This document shows, piece after piece, positions 12,299-21,778 of a DNA stretch of 64,000 nt. The notes beneath the pieces are model-generated. The model was not told the DNA's origin and did not search any database. It saw only the letters and a program-made list of their open reading frames with translations. Origin of the DNA: Trypethelium eluteriae (lineage: Eukaryota); assembly GCA_051942245.1 (NCBI GenBank), contig JAVECL010000013.1, positions 1 to 64,000 of the forward strand, in the 5' to 3' direction. The first letter of the stretch is position 1. Each line of letters begins with the position of its first letter. A program made the position numbers and the translations under genes.

Positions 12299-13540
12299 TC
12301 CAAGCAATGACGTGTAACGAATTTGTTAGATCATCGTTACCAGAGTTATGGCAGACAAAGATCATTCTCGTCGCTTCAGGTTCCAAAACTGACCAAGGTC
12401 CAAAATACATAGCGTAAAAATGACGAACAACTGTCTTCTAAAACCAAGATTCTTTACCAGTGATCCATGCAACAGCTATTCCCAGGAACTTGGCCGAGGG
12501 TTTGCCACGCCTGTCATGCTCCGACACGTTGGTAGTTTCAACTTCACTCTGGGGATCCATGGCAAATGTCAAAATGATCACCTGAGATCCTCAGTTCGCA
12601 TGGCACAGGGTTCGTATGAGACCGGAAGCGGCCGCGACCCTTGCCCTCCCGTGCCTTCCTAATCGCAGATAAGCCCTAGATATCGGGTCACGCCGGCCAA
12701 GCCCTGTCGCAACCTCTTCTCAATCCAAAGCTCGCACCAATAAAACGCATGACGGGCCTCTCGAGAACTGGTTGCCCCCATTAGATCGAACGCTCGATCG
12801 AGAAGGATTCAAATCGCGTCCGGAAAACGTGGCTAAAGGATCCACCCTAAAGCATAAGTGCTAGCGATTCATATGTCCAAGAGCAAGCACTTTCCGGGAA
12901 CGCTCGGTTAGAGCAGTGCTGAACGCCATAAGCCCGCGAAGACTTCATTCCTTCCCTAATGACTCGTAGCTTTCTGTTCGGTCCGGATGTCGGAATAAAC
13001 TCCGGTTATGTCCAGGTGCTATCCTACCTGCCGATTCAAAACGCTACAAGACTGAAACTGATTGGAGGGCCAGCAATACGGCAGTGGCTTACCTGAAAAC
13101 CTACGGTACACCACTGCCTTGCCTCTACCAGCATTTGAAAATGAGTTGGCAATCGAAAACGTTGGGCATCTGCTCTTTACTGCCCAAGGCAATGGTAAGG
13201 CGGGGGGCTAGCTAATGCGAAACATCCCGCGCACAAGACTCCCAAATTGTTTAAACAGCAAAGTTAAATATTCTTCCTTGGAGACGCGGTTCATGCCGGG
13301 GCTTCCGAGCACTTGGAATATCTCATGGAGGTGACCATTGAATTGGAGCTGACAAGGGGTGAATTAATAAGTGTCGGTACCGTTTAGGCGTGACCGAATT
13401 CTTAACCTTCGTGGAGTTGGGAGGCTGCCCAGTAAGATGCACTTATGAGGTAAGAAAAAGCGCTCAGTAGGAGATTATAGTAACGTTAAGACGCTTTCTA
13501 ATTCGATAAGAAGACCGCACGTTTGCCCACTTCATACTTC

Positions 13541-14071
13541 CTTGACGATTTCGTTAGCTTCGCAGCTGAGCGTGATTGTCAATCAGACATACGATTTTGA
13601 GCAGCTCGTGGGGTCCTGGACGAAGGCAGATCTGCTGTGAATATCGGGGAACGAAAATGTTAATAATCATTTCAACCATTCGGGGGCCCCTCAACCGTTG
13701 CCGCCCTGCAATAATAGCCGCTTCTGCGTTCAAACGCGCTTTGGTAAATTTCCTCCGTCTTCATCACCAAGTCTGCTAAATATCAACCTATACCAAAGTA
13801 CGATCGATCGATCGCGTTGGTCAATGCTGTGGACTTTGCGTTCGGTGGCTCTTTTCTCATTCTCTTTGAGCTTCTGCTCGAGTAGCTTGATATGGCCATG
13901 AGCACTGCTGAGGTCCTACTTGATGCTTTCATCCTACCAACGAAGGTTAGTATCCTCATCATGCAGAAGAGTGATAGATGCTTTAAGGACGCTACTATCC
14001 TACGCCCGTTTCGAGATCGCTCTGCGGAGTGGTGAATGCTATCTTACCATGTCCTTGCGATGTTCTGTCAT
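13541..14071 (-). pseudogene. Probable relic of a spliced gene (coiled-coil-like exon with in-frame stop)
   Basis: Canonical-looking introns at 14047-13934 (GTAAGA...TACTAAC...TAG) and 13592-13541 (GTATGT...GCTAAC...AAG). The exon reads DESIK*DLSSAHGHIKLLEQKLKENEKRATERK. Confidence 0.3.
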
Positions 14072-14124
14072 ACCCGCACAATACTTTTCTGTCTTACTGG
14101 CTTTTGTGTCTTAGTTAGCCGTAA

Positions 14125-17100
14125 TCAAGCACACGACAGAAAAGCTTTTTTCCGCCAGTCGAGTCCACTTCGAATCGGAACATTGAAGCGCTTGTCGGCA
14201 TCAACGAAGGTGCCTCTCAGCATCTTGCATTGATCCTTCTCGTCTCTGAGCTTTTCCGATTGCTCATCAGCACTCGGATTCCAATCTCTCCAGTCGTCCT
14301 GTGCACTCATTTCCCAACTCATTATTGATGGTGCTTGGAGCATGAAATGTTGCTCACTACTCTCTGAAGCATAGGAGATCTTGGCATCGAGCGCAAGGAG
14401 AAGGACATCTTTGCCTCCGCATTTCTCGATTACCTTCAACTTTGGGTCGCGATATGATGTGGAATACGGGAAGAAGATTGAGTCCCGCAAGGTTTGGAAG
14501 TTCTCCGTAGCTGACTTGCCCGAAGAGAGGCTATCTGGAAGTCGCAAGCGAAGAATCTTTGTCTGGGATGACAAAGGCGGCAAAGCAATGTATAGGTTTT
14601 CCGAGGTCCAACATGTCAGAATCAAGGGGTACTGAATGGATCCTGAGCATTCATAGGAGATAGTATGGGTTTGATGGGTTCGCTGCAAGAGAAAGCCGTC
14701 GCTGTCGGTGCTGGAGAAATGGAACGAAGACATTGAGACAGTCTGTTTGATGCCGTTCTCGGTCTCCGATGCTATATAGAGGAGGTACAGAAGATCCTGA
14801 CCTGATTCAGAAAACCTGAACTCCTTGCGAACCGTAGCTACAGGGGAAAGCTTGACGTCTGCTGGCTCTGGTAGAATCGTCGATTCTGTACGCCCGGATG
14901 ACAAATGAGTGACCTTGAGTTCCTGGGCCGAGTGACTCCAGACAGCCAATTTTTCGGTCGGATGAAAGGCGCAGACAACGTCAGACCGCTCAGCAGGTCC
15001 TGTCCAGAAGGCATAGATTGGGGATTCTGCGCCGCAGACGAAAAGCATGCAGTGACGCACATGCTGATCATACTCGGAATCGCAACTACTGTCACTCGCA
15101 GAACCATCGTCCGAGTCAGTGTCGTCATAGGCGGAGGAAGTTGTGGACCCAAATGCGGAATCATATTTCGAAGAGCTATCATTCATGGTCAAAGTTTGAG
15201 ATATGCAATGAAAAGCAACCGCGTGCTGATCCCCGGCTTCGTCGTTGCACGATCCAGAAATGGATTTAGACGAAATGCGCCAACTCCCCTGTCCAAGCTC
15301 TTGGTAAGGTTCTGGGATCGAAGCAACTGGCGCTTGTCCCTTGGGTTGTAAGGATGTTAGGCGAAGCGTTACTGGGTCGAAGAAGAAGCATGAGCCTCCC
15401 CAGGCAAATTTCATACTGAATATTTCACTTCCCTTTGTATATTGTACAGGAAGGGGTTCTGTGGGCTGAGAGCCAGCCAAAGGCGTAAGTCCTGATGAAC
15501 CAATGCGTAACTTCAGCCACTGTGGGATGATGCCCATCTTAGTTGGGAGAATTCCAAAAAGGGCCACTGTCCAAGAGTTCGAGGTAGATCGATCTTCCCG
15601 CACGTCCTTAATTGCAAGCTTTGTGAAGATTTGATCTATGGAATTTCCTTGACAAGAATGAAAATTGACCCGTTTGGAGATCCACACGTGCTGGCCAGGA
15701 ATGATCTTATCCCACCCATCATCCATTTTACATTGATTCAATGCAGATGGATAGGAATTTAGGACCGGATGCCATTCCTTTACAAATTTGTGGAGCCCTC
15801 CAATGATTTGTTGCCCTTCTGGTTCATACTCATCGAGCCACATTGGCAGTGGGACCGCATAATTAACGTATTTCTCAATGTCTTGAGTAGTAGGCCCTGT
15901 GGCCTCCAGTGAAAAGCCACCGTGCTCAATCTCACGGTAACGGGCGAACAGATGCGGAGCAACCTTGCTCTGTACCGCAATGCAGGACCAGAAAGCCGGG
16001 CTCTTTACGAAATCGACAATTTGATCGAAAAGATCAGGAGAGTGCTTCACATTATTGAGGTACTGGTGCCAAAAGGTCGCAGCATGCTTCAGGAAGGCAT
16101 GTTCCGGAAGATGGAGTAGCTCTGAGATGTCCTGTTCCTGGTGATATCTTGCATAGTTGAGATAGTTTAGGCTTGACTGGCCGAGCTCGTAGCTCGCTGT
16201 CTTGGAAGAAACAAAGAATTGGTGCAGATCGTCTTTAGCGCCCAAAGTTCTAGGATCCTGTTGAAGGAAGTCGAGGATTGATTTGTGTGCGATCTTGAGC
16301 AGTGGGTCCATTTCATCGCCTTTCGAAGACCGATCGAAGACAATTAGGTTGGAGCTGAGCTCCTCAATGAGTTCTGCCTTTGGCACACGCTTTACTGAAA
16401 AGTCGTGTGGTCCGCCTGCAGACGCTGCTAAGGCATGCGCCAGCTCGCTCAGTCGCAAGGGCTGCACAGCGCCGACAATCATCGTTAAAATTCTCCGTGC
16501 CAGTTGCTGATGTCGCTCTGGCCGTCGTGTTAATTGCTCTAGACTTCGCATATAACAGCCGGTCAAGCCTTTAGGAAACTTTTTAAGCTCTTCATCAATT
16601 TCTTCCTCGCATGTTAAGCCTTCTCCCTCCATCACTCGTAGCATTAATGTAGTCCAAAGGAAGTTACCTTCAGAGGCATTGGTCCAAAACTCCACACAGC
16701 CTTCGCAGTGATGATCAAGCTTATTCTCCATTTGAGCCTTGATGAATACCTTAATATCGCTCAAGAGGCTATCCATTGGCGCCTCGATTGAGTTGACGTT
16801 GTGCTTTTGCATACACGCTCGAATTTCGCGTTCTGGCCTACTGCTGAAGAACCATTTCACAATACCTAATGTCTTGGCCTGGAGTAACCGACTCAAGTAA
16901 CCCAGGAGCTGCTGAGGAGCGCCACATTCATCGAGACCGTCGACAAAGATGTGCACACGACCCACTTGCTTGATGAAAGCCTCCACTACCTCAACGGCGA
17001 TATAGGGGTCCATCAGCTTGAAGTGGTGGTTCTCAAAGTCGTCCTCGTATAATCGGAGGACTTTGTCTGGGATTGATGCGGTGAGTGTAAGTAACTGCAA

Positions 17101-18126
17101 GGCAAGGCATCTAAGAGCGGTGATGGGATGCTTCTTGACGGGATCGCTAAACGAAGAGAAGAATACTGCTGTCTTCTGCCCTTTGTCTTGGAGACTCCGT
17201 ACTACTGTGGAAGTTAGGATTGTCTTACCTGCGCCTGGAGGTGCATTGTACCAGATAGCGGTCGTCTTCTTGGCTTCGTTCCAGGCACGAAATCTAGGGT
17301 TTTCGAACAGCCATTCGCAGGAGTGACCGTAGTGAAGGTCCATGTTCGCTCGGATGTCGCTTCTAACATCTAGATCTTCACAAGCCTTGATCCAGTCCAC
17401 AATCTGTTTTCTCAACTCCTGTTGCTTTTGCTTAGATTGCTGCACGTCTCGCTGTCGACGCATATCAGCCTCCGTCGCCTGGGCAAGCATTTGGACCCTT
17501 TCCTTGTCACGGTGTAGACCTTCTCTGCATTTCTGCCACTCTGCGTACAGTGGCTTGACTATGTTCGAGAGCAGAGTTTTGATGATTTTTCGACTTAGCA
17601 ATTTGGACGCTTTCTGCCAGAATGTGATAATGTTCTTATACGACTCGACAAGAAGACTTTGAAGATCCCCGGACGGTTGATATGCTTGTGCGAACAGCTC
17701 GTAACACTTCAGGAGATGACCGATCTCTTCCATGATGTCCAGCACGGTATCAAAGCATTTGTAGAAGTTCTGGCAGAGATGAAGGACTAAACGTACACCG
17801 CCGTAGAGCAAGACAGCAGCGGCCGGCGCTGCTTGGATCATGATGTCGCATGCTTGGGCATATTCATTTAGTCCGGCCATCAGCGGTCGCAATTTGTCAG
17901 TGATCCGCAGCGTTTTATTATCACGCTTCTGCTTCTTCTCCAGCTCTATAATGAAGGCGGACAACTGCTCTGCACAGTGTGCACCTAGGCCATTTCCCTT
18001 CGCAGATGCTTGTTTGATTACCTCGTTGTAAAATGGAGATCGAACATCCTCGTTCCGCTTGATGTCGGCGATGAACGAATCAATCGCAACTGCGAATGGA
18101 TTACGGTTGGGTAAGGGGACTGCCAT
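14125..18126 (-). CDS. NACHT-domain (fungal NLR-like / STAND) protein, 1333 aa, intronless
   Basis: Helical N-terminal domain typical of fungal NACHT proteins (AAVLLYGGVRLVL...LVESYKNII), Walker A APPGAGKT, Walker B HIFVDGLDEC, WFFSSRP, SEGNFLW, PKGLTGCY, PLRLSELAHAL, AHKSILDFL. The C-terminal region of about 600 aa is beta-rich and lacks clear canonical repeats. Confidence 0.88.
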   Translation of the reverse strand: MAVPLPNRNPFAVAIDSFIADIKRNEDVRSPFYNEVIKQASAKGNGLGAHCAEQLSAFIIELEKKQKRDNKTLRITDKLRPLMAGLNEYAQACDIMIQAAPAAAVLLYGGVRLVLHLCQNFYKCFDTVLDIMEEIGHLLKCYELFAQAYQPSGDLQSLLVESYKNIITFWQKASKLLSRKIIKTLLSNIVKPLYAEWQKCREGLHRDKERVQMLAQATEADMRRQRDVQQSKQKQQELRKQIVDWIKACEDLDVRSDIRANMDLHYGHSCEWLFENPRFRAWNEAKKTTAIWYNAPPGAGKTILTSTVVRSLQDKGQKTAVFFSSFSDPVKKHPITALRCLALQLLTLTASIPDKVLRLYEDDFENHHFKLMDPYIAVEVVEAFIKQVGRVHIFVDGLDECGAPQQLLGYLSRLLQAKTLGIVKWFFSSRPEREIRACMQKHNVNSIEAPMDSLLSDIKVFIKAQMENKLDHHCEGCVEFWTNASEGNFLWTTLMLRVMEGEGLTCEEEIDEELKKFPKGLTGCYMRSLEQLTRRPERHQQLARRILTMIVGAVQPLRLSELAHALAASAGGPHDFSVKRVPKAELIEELSSNLIVFDRSSKGDEMDPLLKIAHKSILDFLQQDPRTLGAKDDLHQFFVSSKTASYELGQSSLNYLNYARYHQEQDISELLHLPEHAFLKHAATFWHQYLNNVKHSPDLFDQIVDFVKSPAFWSCIAVQSKVAPHLFARYREIEHGGFSLEATGPTTQDIEKYVNYAVPLPMWLDEYEPEGQQIIGGLHKFVKEWHPVLNSYPSALNQCKMDDGWDKIIPGQHVWISKRVNFHSCQGNSIDQIFTKLAIKDVREDRSTSNSWTVALFGILPTKMGIIPQWLKLRIGSSGLTPLAGSQPTEPLPVQYTKGSEIFSMKFAWGGSCFFFDPVTLRLTSLQPKGQAPVASIPEPYQELGQGSWRISSKSISGSCNDEAGDQHAVAFHCISQTLTMNDSSSKYDSAFGSTTSSAYDDTDSDDGSASDSSCDSEYDQHVRHCMLFVCGAESPIYAFWTGPAERSDVVCAFHPTEKLAVWSHSAQELKVTHLSSGRTESTILPEPADVKLSPVATVRKEFRFSESGQDLLYLLYIASETENGIKQTVSMSSFHFSSTDSDGFLLQRTHQTHTISYECSGSIQYPLILTCWTSENLYIALPPLSSQTKILRLRLPDSLSSGKSATENFQTLRDSIFFPYSTSYRDPKLKVIEKCGGKDVLLLALDAKISYASESSEQHFMLQAPSIMSWEMSAQDDWRDWNPSADEQSEKLRDEKDQCKMLRGTFVDADKRFNVPIRSGLDWRKKAFLSCA

Positions 18127-18898
18127 GTGCGGTATACGCTATGCTTGGAGTATGACTTGAACCAGATCCAAATCCGTCCGTGCTTCCAGCTTAAAAACGT
18201 CTTCAGCAAGCGACGTGAGGCAGATGTTAAGTGCCAAGGAGAGTGGCTGCGTGGATGCAGTCGGCTTCAGCTGAGGCAAGAAAAGGCTGTGCATACTACC
18301 GTATCGTACGGTGAGTGCTGGCCCTATACCGTAAGACTCACTAGGTATCACTGGTATATCCTGGCCCCCATTTTTCCTAATAGATAGATTGATCCAAGGA
18401 TTGTGGTAAACTAACGTTGCAACGAGCTCCGAGAAGTCGAGTACTGCGTCGCCCGGAAATGATTGACTAGAGTACTCTAACTAACCCTGCAATCTCTGTC
18501 GGAGCGCGCTGCAGCACTCCATTCTGCATGGCAACGCCAAGATATTGACAACACATACAAGTCTATGGTGTGCTAGCTGCAGCGTGCCAGAGCACCTTAT
18601 CCATTGCTTCTCCTACATCCTCCGGTGGAAATTTAGGCTTGTTTGAATAGTTTTCGCCGGGGACTTCAGCGAATCATGGATTACAAGATAGGAGTAGTGC
18701 AGAATATCTTAGAAAGCACCAAGCCGGATGCTATTAATCCGTGCGCTGCATCTAGTACAGCAGACGGCGGATCTTATTCTATTACTTTGCTGTATATAGC
18801 CTCGCTTCCATTTCGTACGCAATTCCTTCCAGATTTCTCTACTTGCTCCCAGCAAATTCAATCTCCCACCGACCGCAACTTCAGCAGCGCGCAGGAAT

Positions 18899-20887
18899 AT
18901 GAACAACATTAACTCTAGTAATGACAATGATCACGACAATGCGAACATTGGCTCTCGCGCCGAACTCCGCATATGGCAACAGCGCTACAAGCGTGACGGA
19001 TCGCAAGAATTTGTCGCTGTCGACTCGCTCGACGGCAGCCAACGATTTGATACGGCCTATGCACTGGTCGTGGAACAATTCTTCACTGCGCGCAACAATC
19101 TGGATCTCAGCAATCTGACCATCAATTCGCCGTACATACTGCGAGCGTTCCGCGAGGTTATTGGCAGCTATCCGACTGTCGCTGCGGACTTCAGCGAGCC
19201 GTTTGAGATGGAGAGCCCGTTCTGAATGCTATTCCACTGTTGGGAAGACCTTGATGTTTATCGAAATGAGCTTGAAGATGATGATGCAAGGGTGCATTTG
19301 AATCTGCTCTTTGGTTTTATGGAGACGGACATAGGGCCGGAGAGAAAACGATGTAGCACGCAGATCAAGAAGGGCCAAGTGGATTTCTCGAGGTTGTGGA
19401 CTATCTATCGCCCTGGCGAGCTGCAAATAGCATACGTCAAGGGACATGCATGGTTGTTACGCTGTATAAAGACAGCTTACGAAGAAAATAAAAGTATAGG
19501 AAAGTTCCTGGAAGTACATTGCACGTATACAGACTTCGATGGCAAAGACACAGGTGAAGCTAAGCACAAGTTCATCGTTCCGCAAAAACGTTTCTTTTCG
19601 AGCGAAAATCCTGCGAACATTACGGACTTGCCTGTCTACCCACGGAAATTTGACACTGGGGAGGACTTGGAGAAGCATTTGACTGGACGCGGGAGGCGCT
19701 TCCTAGCGCTCAATGATGTATGCGTACGTGCGTACGATGGACTGGCGGATTTCATCAAAGAACCTTCACTGGACTTCTTCCATCCAGACATGGCCGATTG
19801 GGACACAGTTTGGTTGCCATACACGGAGACAGGGCGCGTGGTCATTGATCGTAGGACTTTCCAGGAAGACCACAACCTTTCGCAAGTCGCAATCAAGCCC
19901 GACTTACAGAACCTGGACCCTCTGCTCTGCCCGCCCTTTGCCTATGGCTTCAGTCTAGCTCGCAAAGAATGGTGCCGCTTCTTCATCCCAAAGATTCATG
20001 AGATTGACTGGCATGGCGATAGCTTTGACTCGCTCATCCTCAAGCAGAATCAGAAAGCACTGCTACGCGCGCTTGTTTCTTCCCACTCGTTTCCAGCCAC
20101 TGCCCGCGACCAAACCCAGCAGAAAGGCAAGGGCCTGGTAGTCTTGTTGCATGGACCGCCAGGGTCAGGGAAGACGCTGACCGCAGAATGTGCAGCAGAG
20201 CTGACCCATAGAGCATTGATATCCACGTCAATGGCCGAGCTCAACAAGCACAATCGAGCGTGGTACTTCGAATACCGGCTTAAGGAAGTCCTGCAATATG
20301 CAACAATCTGGCAGGCAATAGTCCTAATGGACGAAGCAGACGTGTTTCTAGAGGCACGAAAGGACGACACACCTGATGCAGCCGAGAGGAACGCCTTAGT
20401 AGCCGTATTCCTAAAACATTTGGAGTATTTCTCAGGAATAGTCTTCTTGACTACGAATCGAATCCACGTCTTTGACGCCGCAATGAAGAGCCGAATCCAT
20501 CTCGCGCTTGGGTACAAGACCCCAGAATCCGAAATGCGCAGAGCAATATGGCGGCAAACGCTCCAAGCCATTCCCGCAAAGGATATCGATATGGACATTG
20601 ATGAGACGGTCGAGGGACTGATGGACGAGAGATTGAATGGGCGCGAGATCACAAATGCGATCCATACGGCACGAACTTTGGCACGGTTTGAGGAAAATCC
20701 GCTGATGTTGGAGCATATTAAGACAGTTCTAAATGTGAAGAGCGATTTTGACGTCTCGCTGAAGCGAATGCGCGATCACGCGCTGTCGAGTGAAGGTCCG
20801 AAGGCCGCGCCCTGCATCCGGCCTGTGGTGAGACAAGGGTCATTGATTGGGACCATGACAGATGAGCCAGAAGAAATGGCATCCTGA
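18899..20887 (+). pseudogene. Fungal AAA+ ATPase with long N-terminal domain, interrupted by one in-frame TGA (19223-19225); pseudogene or recoded gene
   Basis: ORFs 18899-19225 and 19226-20887 are in the same frame (..EMESPF*MLFHCW..) with no splice signals around the stop. The AAA module is intact: HGPPGSGKT, IVLMDEAD, FLTTNR, DAAMKSRIH, LNGREITN. Confidence 0.8.
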
Positions 20888-21573
20888 CTGGAGACAGAGC
20901 GCAGCTCTTGAAATCAACAATCGATACGGTGCCTGACGACTGGTTCGAACGAGATGTGCTGGACGTCCTAGCCTCTTGGAGAGCCAAAGAGTCTCCGAAT
21001 AACTTACGAGGAACTTAAGACAAAGACCACAGGGCGAGATGACATCATGAGTGATGTGCACAAAAAGATCATAGCGGAGGTAGAGAAGATCCATTACTGC
21101 CAGCTTTATGCGTAGGTACTTTTCCCGTCGTTTTGAGGACCTCTCTGACGAACTTAGCAGGAAACGGGCCTTCAACGGGCCTTCAACAAGGACAGAAAAA
21201 AAAAAAGTGTGTTAGCAAAGAACGGGAGGGGATCGAAACAAGAGTCCCTGAGCTTGAAATATCAAGGTTCTATCTCTGCTACGTGTCAGCGGGGAGGCCC
21301 CCAGCGACAGGAGAGCTTGGTCTCGTAAATTAATAGAACGATACTACAAGTATGGAATGTAGAAGTCTACCGAGATCCATCGAAATTGCTGATGAGAATA
21401 CCGGATCCGGAAGTACACAATTATGAGAACGACCACACGCCGTACAACCTGACAGAATCCCAACAAGCTTAGTCGAGGTAAGAAACAACCTCTATTGATC
21501 TTGGTATTTCTCCCACCCGTCCAGCTGTGGATGACCAAAGCTGGAAATAAAAACTCCCCAAGGAATATTCATA

Positions 21574-21603
21574 TAGAGAGAAAGAGAGAGAGAGAGAGAG
21601 AGA
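21574..21603. repeat. Imperfect (GA)n microsatellite between convergent 3' ends
   Basis: agagagaaagagagagagagagagagagaga read directly. Confidence 0.85.
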
Positions 21604-21778
21604 ACATGAATGAAGCTTACCAGCTTCATGAATGGAGAAAGTCAGAGAGTAGCAAACATCTCGTTGCAGTCACCCATGTCATATCAATCATTAGAAGATC
21701 CGTATTGCGTCATGACATCCACTCGCATAGATGCCTTCCATACGTAGCCTTGTCCCTTCTCTTTCCCTCCAGATGATC

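Noticed and set aside
18899..18952. Asn/Asp-rich N-terminus of the AAA+ protein as an amyloid signalling motif
   Set aside because: It is short, does not match HRAM/PP/sigma patterns I recognise, and has no counterpart on the NACHT N-terminus.
19223..19225. Selenocysteine at the AAA+ TGA
   Set aside because: Dikarya are not known to have Sec machinery, the site is not a redox motif, and no SECIS was evident.
21163..21187. Short direct repeat AACGGGCCTTC x2 before an A-run
   Set aside because: A two-copy slippage duplication in a 3' intergenic region; not an array or element end.
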